Source: Octopus sinensis (Eukaryota). Taken from it: a stretch of DNA of 64,000 nucleotides. Both the position numbers and the translations under genes were made by a program. Under the pieces are notes generated by a model. That model was not told the DNA's origin. It saw nothing but the letters and a program-made list of their open reading frames with translations, and ran no database searches. The stretch spans positions 26,784,001 to 26,848,000 of the forward strand of contig NC_043006.1 in assembly GCF_006345805.1 (NCBI RefSeq), written 5' to 3'. Positions within the stretch are counted from its first letter, which is position 1. The number at the start of each line of letters is the position of its first letter. Positions 50,662 to 63,308 of this stretch are shown piece by piece.

Positions 50662-53365
50662 CAGAGATCTTACTGGATGCAATCAAGCTCTATGCATAGC
50701 ACTCGTGGAAACTCACCTCAGCCCTGATATAGAGGATGCAGAAATACATATACCAAACTATGCCATACTGTGAACAGACAGAAGGGAAAGGAGTCATGGT
50801 GGAGTTGCTGTAGACATCCGTGATGACACACCCCAGGTCTTACTATCATACTCAAATTTGGTATGTGACACTCTAATTGTATACATAAGACAACAAAATA
50901 TAGTCATATGCAATACATATTGCCCACGGGATGCTCCAAACCACATAGGCAAGTTTGAAGATTGCCTCACAAGAATTAAAGAAATCCACGTGACCATATT
51001 TCTTATGGGTGATTTCAAATGGCCCGAAGGTCTCATACTCTCAAGAATGACTCATTGCAAGCAAGCACAGGTGGAGTCCCTGCTCAACCTCACCAATACC
51101 CTATTCATGGAGCAAGCTGTATTCAGCCCAACTAGGGCGAATAACATTCTGGATCTCTGCTTCACGAACAATATGGACATCATTCATGATGTGAAAGTGA
51201 CACTGACATTAGTCTCGGATCATAACATAATAGAGCTGTCTATGTTTGGGCCGAAAGTAACCAGAGACATACAGCCTAAAGGAAGTACCTGAAATCTCTC
51301 CAATCTGAACTTCCACAAAGCGGATTGGAAATCAATCCTCAGAGAGAACTGGCCGAAATGTCTCTCCACATCAGACATTGACATGAAACTAGAATGTTTC
51401 ATGTCTGTTGTGCAAGCCATATGCCAGAAATATGTCCCAGAGCACAAGGCCAAAACAAATAGGAACAAGATTCCAAGGGAGAGGAAAATCCACATGAGAT
51501 ATGGATGAAGATTGCAAATCGACTCAACCAATATCCCAAAAGTAGCGAAACGTCCTGCCTAAAAACGACACTGATGGAGATCGAAAAAAGGCTGCAACAA
51601 TCCTATGTGAGGGAGAAAGCAGACAAAGAAGCCTGGGTTATAAAAAACATTAAGTCAAACCCAAAGGCCTTTCATTACGTGAAAGAAACAGCCTCAGTAC
51701 ACTGCAAGATAGGACCCCTCTTCCAAAATGATGGCTCCCTCACAGACAGTCCAACTAAGATCAGTTAGATACTGAATGACCAGTTCAAAAGTGTCTTTAC
51801 CACCCCGTTGGAACACAAACAAGTGAACTGCTGGTCCTCATGGTTTCCTAGCAATCCTCCCCAAATCGTGTAAGCATACCCTGGCAAAAACCCCTACAGA
51901 TTCTCTTCGAGAGCTTTCTTGCAAATGGCAAGCTGCCAAGCAGGCTGAAGGAGGGAATAATATGCCTAATACATAAAGGGGAAGCAAAGCAGATGCCAAA
52001 AACTACAGGCCTGTCTCTCTGACTTCACAAATCAGCAAAGTCATGGAATGGATAGTCAGAGGGAAACTAACTGCATTCCTTGAAGAAAACTTGCTGAGTG
52101 ATATTCAGCATGGCTTTCGACCAGGTAGGAGCTGCCTGACCCAGCTCTTACAACATTATGACTGATATTTGAGGCAGTTACTCAAAAGCTTTTGACAAGG
52201 TGGATCATGGTATGATATGCCACAAACTGCGTGATCTTGGCACAGCTGGAAAACTTTGAGAGTGGTTACATGACTTTCTGAAAGATAGAAATCGGGCAGT
52301 AGTGGTTAATGGAGCCACCTCTATGAACACACAAATAGTGAGCGGTGTTCCACAGGGCACTGTCTTGGGACCACTGCTTTTTATAGTGGCCCTCTCAGAT
52401 ATGCCTTCAAGTGCCTTGATAGTCACCCTTGCAAGCTATGCAGACAATACGAAAGTCTCACAGAAAATACAGAACCCAGCAATGTTGCACATCTGCAGCA
52501 GGAGTTGGAGTCAATTTACAGATGGGCTGAGGATAGTAATATGCAGTTTAATGCTGAAAAATTCCAAGCCCTGTGCTACCAGCATCCAAAACTGAATATG
52601 AAACTTACAGGGTATACTGGTCCACAAGGAATTTCAATCCCAGAGCCTAAATCAGTGAGGGACCTGGGTATCAGCATGAATGATGATCTTGATCCTGAGA
52701 ACATTCAGAACCAGGGATAAGGAAACCATGATAGTCCTCTGGAAGACATTCATCCTCAGCCGCCTGGATTACTGCTCACAGCTATGGTCATCCACCAGTG
52801 TGAAATTAACAGCTGACATTGAAGCAATCCAGAGAAGATTCACAAAGAAGATCGTCTCTTTGTAACTGCTCAGCTACTGGGAAGGGCTGAAACAGCTAAG
52901 ACTCTACTCCCTGCAGAGAAAGCAGGAGAGGTATGCAGTATTATACATCTGGAAGATCCTGGAAGGCATTGTGCCAAATATTGGCATTGAAAGCTACACC
53001 AATGCCAGAACGGGATGACACTGCATAGTGCCAAAGGTCCCAGCAACGCCTTCACGCTTCAGGACTAGTTACTGCAACAGCCTGGGTTTCAGGGGCCCAC
53101 AACTTTTTAATATTCTCTCAAAGAGCCTGAGGAACCTGCACAAAGTAGATATAGGCCTTTTTAAATCAAAGCTGGGCCTATTCCTGTTGAGAGTCCCAGA
53201 TGAACCTACCTCATGGCAAGAGGTGCAAATAAGGGTAGCTACATCAAACTCCATTCTTCACCAACTGCCACATATTGGGGGAGGCTCTCATTAATAACAG
53301 TGTAGCAAAACAGCAGTGAATCAGCATGGCCGCAGCTATGAGCAGGAACTACGGAAAATAAAAAA
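50660..53365 (+). mobile_element. CR1-clade LINE, ORF2 largely present (APE plus RT) but with many stops and frameshifts
   Basis: IFLMGDFKWP, PTRANNILDLCFTNN, NYRPVSLTS, SGVPQGTVLGPLLF, ASYADNTK and SRLDYCSQLWS. 3' A-rich tail. Confidence 0.92.
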
Positions 53366-53367
53366 AT

Positions 53368-53808
53368 ATGTGTGTGTGTGTGTGTGTGTGTATATGCATG
53401 TGTGTGTATATATGTATATATATATGTGTATATATGTATATATATATGTGTATATATGTATATATATATGTATATGTGTATATATGTATATATATATGTG
53501 TGTATATATATGTATATATGTATATGTATATATGTGTATATATATGTGTGTGTGAGTGTTTATATATATGTGTGTATATTTATATGTGTGTGTGTGTATA
53601 TATATATGTGTGTATATATATGTATATATATATGTGTATATATATGTGTATTTATGTGTGTGTATATATGTATATATATATGTTTATATATATGTGTATA
53701 TGTATGTATATATATATATATGTGTGTATTTATATGTATATATATATGTGTATATGTATATATATATATATATGTGTATATATATGTATATATGTGTATG
53801 TATATATA
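53368..53808. repeat. (TA)/(TG) compound microsatellite, ~440 bp
   Basis: Direct inspection. It lies between the tails of the CR1 (+) and RTE (-) copies. Confidence 0.95.
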
Positions 53809-55410
53809 TCATCGTCATCATTGTTTAATGTCCGCTTTCCATGCTGGCATGGGTTGGACGGTATGACAGGGTGACTGGTGAGCCAGATGGGATCACCAGG
53901 CTCCAATTTGATCTGGCAGAGTTTCTACAGCTGGATGCCCTTCCTAAAGTCAACCACTCTGAGAGTGTAGTGGGTGCTTTTACATGCCATTGACATGAGA
54001 GCCAGTCAGGCAATACTGGCAAGGCCATGCTCAAATGGTGTTTTTAATGTGTCACCTGCAACGGAGCCCGTCCAGCGGTACTGACAATGCCCTTGCTCAA
54101 ATGTTGTTTTTCATGTACCACCGGCACAAGTGCCTGTAAGGTGATGCTGGTAACAATCACAGTCGAATGGTGTTTTTTACGTGCCACTGGCACAGGACCC
54201 AGTTAGCGGTCCCGGCAACGATGGTGCTCTTACCGCTCCACTAGAATGGTTGCCAATCATGCGGTGCTCTCATTGAATTTGATTTCGATTTCACTTGCCT
54301 CAATAGGTCTTTGCAAGCAGAGTTTAGTGTCCAGTGAAAGAAAGGTACGCATAAGTGGGCTGGTTACACCCCTGGCATAGGTCACAAGGTTATGGTCTCA
54401 CTTGGCTTGCCAGGTCTTCTCAAGCACAGCATATTTCCAAAAGTCTCAGTCACTAGTCATTGCCTCGGTGAGGCCTAGTGTTCGAAGGTCATGCTTCACC
54501 ACTTCATCCCAGGTCTTCCTGGGTCTACCTCTTCCACAGGTTTCCTCAACCGCTAGGGTGTGCCACTTTTTCACACAGCTATCCTCATCCATTCTCGCCA
54601 CATGCCCATACCAGCGCAGTTGTCTCTCTTGCACACCACATCTTATGCTTCTTAGGTCCAACTTTTCTCTCAAGGTACTTACACTCTGTCGAGTATGCAC
54701 ACTGACATTACACATCCATCAGAGCATACTGGCTTCATTCCTTGTGAGCTTACACATGTCCTCAGCAGTCACTGGCCATGTTTCACTGGCATGTAGCATG
54801 GCTGTTTGTACACATGCGTTATACAGTCTGCCTTTTACTCTGAGCTAGAGGCCCTTTGTCACCAGCAGAGGTAAGAGCTCTCTGAACTTTGCCCAGGCTA
54901 TTCTTATTCTAGCAGCTACACTTTCAGTGCACCCTCCCCTGCTACTGACTTGGTCACCTAGGTAACGGAATTTATCAACTACTTGTAGTTTTTCTCCCTG
55001 GAATGTGGCGGAAGTTGTTCTCTGCGCATTTTCACTGTTTATTGCTCCCGAACATCTGCCACATACAAAAACTATCTTCCTAGTTAGCCTTCCTTTGATA
55101 TTGCTGCACCTCTTATGTGTCCTTAGTTTACACTGGGTACATCTTATAGGAGTTTCTAACTACGCCTTTTCTACAGATCGAGCAGGACCATCTACCTGAA
55201 GGGATTTGTGGTTTGCCTGCTTTCTTACTTATTAGGACTTTGGTTTTAGCTAGGTTGATTCTAATCCTTGTTTCCACACCTGAAACTTCTCCTCTAGTTC
55301 TGGTAGTGACTCAACAATTAGAGCAAGGTCATCAGCATAGAGGAGCTCCCAGGGGCATCCTGTCTTGAATTCTTCTGTTATTGCCTGAAGGACTATGATA
55401 AATAAGAAGA
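53808..55410 (-). mobile_element. RTE-clade LINE, third long copy, antisense in MINDY3 intron 1
   Basis: Reverse complement of 7445-9172 (GCPWELLYADDL, ITEEFKTG, MCNVSVHTRQSVSTLREKLDLRSIRCGVQERQLRWYGHV). Confidence 0.92.
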
Positions 55411-55561
55411 CTTTGTTTTCGTTAATTTTCCTTCTTTTTACATATGTGAGTTACATGTATATGTTATATGTGGAGTTATATTTGTAGAAAATAGAAATAA
55501 GCGGTTTTTGACTGCTATTTCTAAATTTTCGGTATGTGGTTAAGCAACCTGTTGCTTACCC

Positions 55562-55604
<43 letters not shown>

Positions 55605-56309
55605 TAGCTTAAGGTGACCCGCTCTATGTGCGGGTAAGAGTGTGGTTGTTACTCACCATTTTAAACTCCTAATTACTTGTGTGTACATTTGTAAATGTGT
55701 GTGTGTGACATATAACTGTCTGTCTCTCTACTTTTGTAGGGTCTTCCCCGTTGCTGTCACATATTGTAAGATTTTAAAATTATGTCAAAATTTTCAAATT
55801 TGGTATATTGAAATAATTTTCCACGTTAAATCTGATTTTGTTATTTATTTGTCCCAGAAAAATTGCAATAAAATGTTATGGAGGTTTAAAGTTTAATCAA
55901 TTTTACCTAATCAGAAAACAGGATTTGGAAGCTGGCATTTTCTACATGATAGCTGGCATTTTCTGCATGATAGCTGTCTGTCACAAAATGAAAGCAAAAT
56001 CATTAGGAGGAAGAATTTTTATTAAACAAACCAAAACGAAGCATTATGGCAACCAAAGGTGTAAGAACTTCTGGAGTTTTAAGTAATAAAGTCATGTGAA
56101 ATAGTTGAATAGACATGTAAATAATTTAAAAAGGAAAAAAATCTTCAACCAAGTATTTTGCAAAAAATTGCACAAATCTGTCCTGATCAAGAGACCTATC
56201 TATTGGGGATGGCATAGTCTGACATGGAATAAAAAAAATTATATAAGACATTCTATTGTAAAAATTACCAGGCAATGATGGGCTATTCAGCTAGTATATT
56301 TTACTACAG

Positions 56310-57100
56310 ATTCACCTGTAAGAGTAACATCATCAGCATAAAGGAGCTCACATAGGCAGCTGGTTTTAAACTTCTATGACAATAATAAACACGATGGGTC
56401 TGAGGCCTGAGCCCTGGTATACTCCCACTTTGACACTTGCTGGTTGTACATGGCTTTCACTGCTCTCACAATTTTTTGTTCCACCCCAAGCTTCCTCAGT
56501 TGCCTCTAGATTACAGAGCAGTGTACCTTATCAAAGGCCTTCTCAAGCCCAACAAAAGCCAAGTACCAGGACTTATTCTTGCAGTTGTCTTCCTCGGAAG
56601 ATGAAACCAGTAGTACTTCTTCCTGGCACAAAGCCAAACTACTTAGTGTATACATTAACTCTCTAATGAAATGTGCTGTTAGTTGCTGTAAATATCTCTG
56701 TAATCTTCATAGCAATCCAGTAGTTTAACAGCTCTGTAGTTTGCACTCACTAATGTATCACCATTACCTTTGTAGCAGCTAGTGATGATATTGTCACTAG
56801 TCATAGGATATGACACCCTCCTGTGCTACCTTATCTACTATGCAGGTTACCAGCCTGTGTCTCAAAGATTTTATGCATCTTATTATCCTACTCTGAAAAT
56901 TCCCTCTAGAGGTCCCAATTTTCATGTCCATATTCTTTTATTGCAACTTCCAAGATACTTGTTCTCAGTACCCTGGGGTATTGCTCCTATCTTTGGCCAC
57001 TGAATACTATGAGTCTCACTGCTAAGTGTGAAGCAATCTAGTTGTTATGCATCAAGGATGTTGCTTTTTTGCAATATCAGGCTTTCATTATGTGAAATAT
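56310..57100 (-). mobile_element. Decayed RTE-like RT fragment
   Basis: Minus-strand VKVGVYQGSGLRP and LLYADDV-like segments. Confidence 0.65.
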
Positions 57101-58273
57101 CTGAATGCTCTGAGATCCACCTCCTTGGATTGAAAAAGATAATTTGCTTTGGATCTTAAATTTTTGAGGAACTGGTACCAAATTTTGATACTGAAATGTA
57201 AAATTGTGAACTAGATCTAAAAAGATAGTGCAGGAAGTTGTACTTTTTTCTGTCTTTGTCCAGACAAGATATTGTAATAGCTTAGAATTCAACAGACAAA
57301 AGCTTTTTAATACTGTTTCACAAAAGGAAATGTTTGGACATTCATCTATGTAAGACTACTGGTGAAGAACCTACTCACAATTGAAGAAAAAAGGCTGCAA
57401 TACACTAGCCTAAACACAACCTACTGGCTGTGATCAATAAAAAAAAAATTCTTCATTTACAAAAAGTAGCCTCAGTGGATGCCGAGTTCTAAACTGCAAT
57501 TCAAATAGTATTGTTTGGAGTTCAACACTTGAATTAAGCAATCTTCTGTGAGAGAAACAAAGTTTAGCCTCATTGTAGAAAAATATTTCTGTTTGCACCA
57601 TGTATGTTTAATTTTTCTAATGTTGAGTAAATGTCTCTGGATTTTTCTTTTGATTTGCAAGCATAATGGAAATTGCAGTGATTTTAAATTTTGTGATGTC
57701 ATTTATTAATAATTATTTATTACTAATTTAATTTTTGAGAGGGAGGGCTGGAACTTGGGATAAAATGGGGATATTTTACTCATGCAGTTAATATTGTATT
57801 GAAGATTTAAAAAGAAAAAGACCCTAAAAAGCTCCATTAATTTACTGATATCTTTAAAAGTAGAATCTTTGCATGCTGGTGGGTTTATGAGAAGAATGTA
57901 ATTATTGTAAAAAGAGAAATAGCTCTAATTTATTGGGCCTTACAAAACTTTTAAATGAAAGACATGAAATCATATCTTGGAATGCTTTTTCTAATGGGTG
58001 TTGTATAGCTTCCAAGTTACAGAGATTTGCTGGAGAACAAAATCAACTTTGAGACAAGAAATCAATGCCCAGAAATTGCTATCTTGTGAAAATACCTATG
58101 TGTAATCAACTTACCTGTATTTATCCTACCTGAGATGTACAAAATGACCTGACTACTGTTAAAAAACCCAACAATCATCAAATTTCATCCAAATTCATGC
58201 AGCAGTTATATTTTTATAATATTTATATTGGACTAACTGTATTTCATCAAAATTTCTAGCTTCTAAAAGGATT

Positions 58274-58425
58274 GGGAGATTTATGTGTGGTTAGGGAGCT
58301 TGCTTCCTAGCTACATGGTTTCGGGTTCAGTCCCACTGCGTGGCACTTTGGGCAGGTGTCTTCTGCTATAGCCCCGAGCTGACCGAAGCTTTGTGATTGA
58401 ATTCGGCAGGCGGAAGTTACTGCCG
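58274..58425 (+). mobile_element. tRNA-derived SINE 5' half, ~100 nt upstream of the MINDY3 exon 2 acceptor
   Basis: gggttcagtcccactgcgtggcactttgggcaggtgtcttctgctatagcc. Confidence 0.85.
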
Positions 58426-58527
58426 TGTGTGTATGTGTGCGTGTAGGTGCTTGTGCCTCTCCGAAAGAGAGAGAGAGAGTTAAACCATTATATATTACTT
58501 AGATATGTATTTTCATCTTATTTCCAG

Positions 58528-58671
58528 GTTTCATGTTTAGTGAACATGAAGCTACAGCTTTGATTCAACTAGAAGGTGGTCCTTGTGCTGTGATTGCACC
58601 TGTTCAGACTTTTATTCTAAAACATGCTCTGTTTTGCTCTGAAGAAGCCAACGGTGACCTTAATGTTTCAG
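58528..58671 (+). CDS. MINDY3: MINDY3 coding exon 2 with the catalytic Cys (GFMFSEHEATALIQLEGGPCAVIAPVQTFILKHALFCSEEANGDLNVS)
   Basis: Q.EGGPCAVIAPVQ MINDY3 active-site signature, with the Cys codon at 58584-58586. TTTCCAG acceptor and CAG|GTAAAT donor. 144 nt, phase 1 to 1. Confidence 0.95.
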
Positions 58672-58851
58672 GTAAATCATTATCTTTTTCTTTGCTGAAG
58701 TTTGAAAATATTTAAAATTCACCTTATAAAGATATCTCTGTATTTTCCCATTTTCTGGCTTCCTGCTATGTCTCTCTTTAATTTATTTGGTTTTCATGTT
58801 GGTTAACTTTAACTACTTGCTGTTAATACTATCTCAAGGTTTTAACATATA

Positions 58852-59590
58852 TTGGGTAGGTAAGAAAGTAACTGCAGTACTTTAGTGTGAAGTAAAAGTC
58901 TTTTTTTTTTTTTTCAAACAAAGAATGAACTTTAATTAATTATATATTTTCTATTTTGTTCGATGACCTTTTGCCATCTTTCTGGCAGCTTCATGATTCA
59001 CGCTCATAGAACTTTTGGTCCTTATCAGCCAAAAACTGAAGCAAGTGCGATTTCAGGTCATCATCATTATTGAAAGTTTTACCATTCAAAGAATTTTGTA
59101 AACTTTGAAATAAATGGTAATTTGATGGTGCAAGGTCAGGTCTATATGGTGGATGTGACATCACTTCCCAACCGAACTCCAATAATTTTTCATGAGTTAG
59201 CAAAGACATATGTGGTCTAGTGTTGTCATAATGGAACATGATTCCTTTATGATTTGTCAATTCTGGCTGTTTTTCTTTGATTGCTTCGTCCAGTTTCATT
59301 AGTTGTTGACAGTAAACATCTGAATTGATCGTTTGGTTCCTTGGAAGCAACTCAAAATACACAACACCTTTGTAATCCCACCAAATTGACAGCACGACCT
59401 TTTTTGATGCAATTCAGCTTTCGATGTTGTTTTTGTGCTGGTTTATTATGCTTGAACCATGAAAAGATATGTTGACATTTATCATAATGTTTTTCACAGT
59501 ACCAAACATTGCATCCAATGCAATAGTATGCAGTGAAGTTTGGGACCCAACTTACATTCAGTACTTTTTATTACCAAAATTACCAAACCT
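58852..59590 (-). mobile_element. Mariner (Mos1/SETMAR-like DD34D) transposon remnant in MINDY3 intron 2
   Basis: MLSIWWDYKGVVYFELL, FHYDNTRPH and HPPYRPDLAPSNYHLF. TIR-like TA|TTGGGTAGGTAAGAAAGTAACTGC at ~58850. Confidence 0.92.
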
Positions 59591-59966
59591 TTCATGTAGC
59601 TAACTTTATGCTACTGTTGGCTCAAAGAAGACTAATTGGGGATACTCAACAACAGCACTCTACTTCAAACCATCTTTTCCAGTAATCCTGTTCCCAATTC
59701 ACTGCCTTGCTTTGTCCATCCTATTTGCCATTCTGATTGACACTTTCATGGTCAGATCCCCACTTTCTTTTCCTTAATTGCCCCTACTACCACACTAGCC
59801 AGATTTTATTGGTTGTCCTTTCTATTTCTTTAGCAGAAGCTTTTCTACAATGATTTGCTTCTTTTCCAATTCTATTTCCACATTTTTCACTTTTATTTTT
59901 TCGAACATCACTTACCTTTTATTCTAGTAAACTTTCACTTTAATTTTCTCTGTTGAATGTCTATAG

Positions 59967-60174
59967 AGGAGATGGCAATTACATTCCTATTCCATGGTTT
60001 ACTTGAGATTCTGCTACAGCTAGCTAGTGACCACTACATTATTGTTACACTGGAGAAGAATGTGAACACTACCGTTAATGACAACAACACCCAAGAAGCT
60101 CTACAACAAGATGGTGGAGGTACTAATCCAAAGAGACCTAGAATGGATAAGGACAACTTCCATTCTTACTTAAG
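59967..60174 (+). CDS. MINDY3: MINDY3 coding exon 3 (EEMAITFLFHGLLEILLQLASDHYIIVTLEK...NPKRPRMDKDNFHSYL+AG)
   Basis: CTATAG acceptor and AAG|GTAATA donor. 208 nt, phase 1 to 2, keeping the frame between exons 2 and 4. Weak similarity to human EEQKELLCHTLCDIL and GFERFHAL. Confidence 0.82.
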
Positions 60175-60630
60175 GTAATATATGATATCTATATTATATA
60201 ACACATACACACATTTATATATGACGATGTATATCAATATTTTCCAAACGTTTTTCAGCAAAGTTTCACAATACTTGGATACATACTAAATTGCCCAACT
60301 TTTATAGCCTTATGTAATACAGGTAGTGATTATAGTTAAATTTAAAATCAATGCATTACTCACTGCCCCTTTCATGGCTTTTAATGTCCCCTTGGGAGAA
60401 ACATGGGCAGCATATGCCTCCTTGAGAACCAATGATATGCATCATCATTATCATGTTAATGCCTACTTTTCCAAGAAAACTAATATTTTTCCTATCCTGG
60501 ACATGTTAACAGCAGATTACAAACAAATGGCAGAGCTTATTTGACTGTCATGCTTGTTTACAGTTAGCATATGATATCAAGGCATACAACACACACATAC
60601 ATTCATGTTTGTGTACACACATGTACATAT

Positions 60631-60773
60631 CACAGGCTTTTCCAGTTTTCCCGTGCCAAATTCACTGACAAAGCTTTAGCCAACTTGGGGCTATAGTAGG
60701 AGACACTTGCCCAAAGTACCTTGGCGTGCTTACAAAGTGAATTTCACCACTATACAGCCATGTCTGCTGTGCC
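60631..60773 (-). mobile_element. tRNA-derived SINE 5' half, antisense
   Basis: ggctatagtaggagacacttgcccaaagtacc, the reverse complement of the 58274 family. Confidence 0.75.
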
Positions 60774-60796
60774 TATATATATATATATATATATAT

Positions 60797-61013
60797 ATAA
60801 GGGGGTGCTGAAAAGTTTCTGACTTTAAGGGTATTGCGAAAAGCCTGGTTGGAGGCCCAACCTTCAGTTTTTTTACAGTACTTAGAAAAAATGAAGGATC
60901 ACTGCAACAAGTGTGTGAATCTGGGAGGGGAATAGGTTGAATAGAATCGTAATTAACCAATTCTCTTGTATTTTCTTTTTCCCAAACCCAGGAACTTTTA
61001 GCACTCCCTCATT
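60797..61013. mobile_element. Mariner-derived MITE (~215 bp)
   Basis: Imperfect TIRs gggggtgctgaaaagtttctg ... ccaggaacttttagcactccctc within TA tracts. Confidence 0.75.
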
Positions 61014-61068
61014 TATATATATGTGTGTGTGTACACCCATACACACATACACATATTTATTTATGCAA

Positions 61069-61104
<36 letters not shown>

Positions 61105-61412
61105 ATATACATGTATATGGTGCAAAAAATATAACCTGGTGACAAGGTGAAAAAAACAGTGTATTAAGTTTACAGTCAGGAAATAGGAAAAGCTAGAAGG
61201 AAAAGGCTTTTACATTTTCAGTGTACATTTCTGAAAAGAAAGAATAAACAAGAAGAGAACAAAAAAATGAAGAAAGGAATGTACATGTATATGACAGTCT
61301 TATATATATGATGAAGCCTTCTGGCTTCACAGACCCCAGTAGAACCGTCCAACCCATGCTAGCATGGAAAACGGACGCTAAATGATGATGATGATGATGA
61401 TATATATATATA

Positions 61413-61492
<80 letters not shown>

Positions 61493-61509
61493 CACACACA
61501 CACATATAT

Positions 61510-61830
61510 ATATATGCTTCCCAACCACATGGTTTTAGGTTTAGTCCCACCTTAGGTAAGTATCTTTTATAATCCCAAGGGCCAATTAAAGTCTTGTAAG
61601 TAGATTTTGCTGACAGAAACTGAAAGAAACCCATTGTGTGTGTCTGTGTTTATCCCCCACCACCACTTGACAACCAGTGTTGGTTTGTTTATGTCCCCCA
61701 TAAGTTAACAGTTTCACAAAAGAGTGATAAAATAAATACCAGGCTTTAAAAATAAGTCCTGTTTGGCTAAACCCTTCAAGGCCATGCTGAGGCATGACTG
61801 CACTCCAATGAATGAAACAAGTAAAATATA
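61510..61830 (+). mobile_element. tRNA-derived SINE, degenerate near-full copy
   Basis: gcttcccaaccacatgg...gacagaaactgaaagaaaccc...gaaacaagtaaaa. Confidence 0.8.
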
Positions 61831-63193
61831 TGTACATCTTTACTAGTTAGTGTCCACTTTTCCATGCTTGCATCAATGAGATGTAATTTGTTGAGGCTGA
61901 GTTTTTACATCTGGTTTCCCTTCATGTCACCTGCACCTGCCGGTTTTTCTCTTACCATCCTCTCTCAACACTATACCTGTGTAACTTAAGCTAGAACTGC
62001 CTTGGACTTTGATGAACCATGCAACCAATTCTGGCATGGCAAGCTGACTGACCAACCTTATCACTTGGGCCACCTACTCAACCTTCAACCATCACCATAA
62101 CCACTGTGTCGCTACCTTCTTCACACTTATCCTTCACATTAATATCCTCCTTCTACTCGTTTCTATCTCCATTACTCTCACCTCAACAATGTTTCTTCTA
62201 TTATTCTCTCCATTACTCTCTTCTCATAGCAATAAATCTGTTCCATTCATCACAGGGGAAGAGAAAGAGCTCTCTTTAGCTTTAGGAACTGCAAGCCAAC
62301 TCCAACAGAACTGATAGCATGCAAAGCAACCAGTACACTCCATAAGTGATTTGTAATTGATTCCAGAAGTGACAGGGTTTGATAGGGCTCTTGAGTCTTG
62401 TTGGATATGATGCAATCCCTATAGTGTTGGGGATATGAAAAAATACATACAGTGAACGATGAATAATACATTCACTGGATATTGTGGAAAGCTTGCTGGA
62501 CTGAGAAAAATCCAGTGTATGCATTGAAACAGCATCAAATTAAAATAGCCATCTGTGTATCTTATATATATTTAAACTGTCAAAGGCGACAAACTTCACC
62601 TAGACTTGTGATGACAGGTACATGTCATTGACATGGTCCAGGAATGTCAAAGCATGCCTGACATTCCTTTTTAGTACTGATGGGATAATGTTCACCTTGC
62701 TTTGACATGTTTTTACTATAAGTTAATGAAGAGATTTTCTCACAGACAAATACCATAGCATCATGCCTGTCACTAGTGTATATACATTAGGTAAATTATG
62801 CAGGTGGCTCTTTTAATTTAATGCTCTTTCAATCGCATACACTAAATTGAACATGTATTCTTAAACAGAAGTTTTTAATCATTCTTTTCATACATTAAAC
62901 TCAGAATATTCATTTGATTATGCATTTTGCTTTTGTGGTTATCACTGTTGTTGTAGTTGTTGTTTTTTTTGCATAGCTGTGATCAAACTGACATTTAGCA
63001 TAGGACAAGGTGGACTAACTGGGCCATTTGTTAACTTCCCACTGAGTGAATATGACCTAAATCTTCAGCAATGTACACTATTATGTCAATGTTATATTAA
63101 CCAAACCAAATGCAAATATTTGACAGTTCACAAAGAGTCTCTCCCCAGTGCTTCCTGTTTTTTTTGTTAAAATAATATCTCTCTCTTTCACAG

Positions 63194-63308
63194 ATGTCAC
63201 CAATGTTCCAGTACAGAAGAACTGAAAACTTGTATGAAAGAAAATCTTAGCTCATTTACAAAAGAATATGGTGTACTGCTCTATCTCTATTCTGTGATTC
63301 TCTCTAAG
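63194..63308 (+). CDS. MINDY3: MINDY3 coding exon 4 ((R)CHQCSSTEELKTCMKENLSSFTKEYGVLLYLYSVILSK); gene continues beyond the window
   Basis: CTTTCACAG acceptor and AAG|GTAACC donor. 115 nt, phase 2 to 0. Resembles human ELKDAVLDQYSMWGNKFGVLLFLYSVLLTK. Confidence 0.93.
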
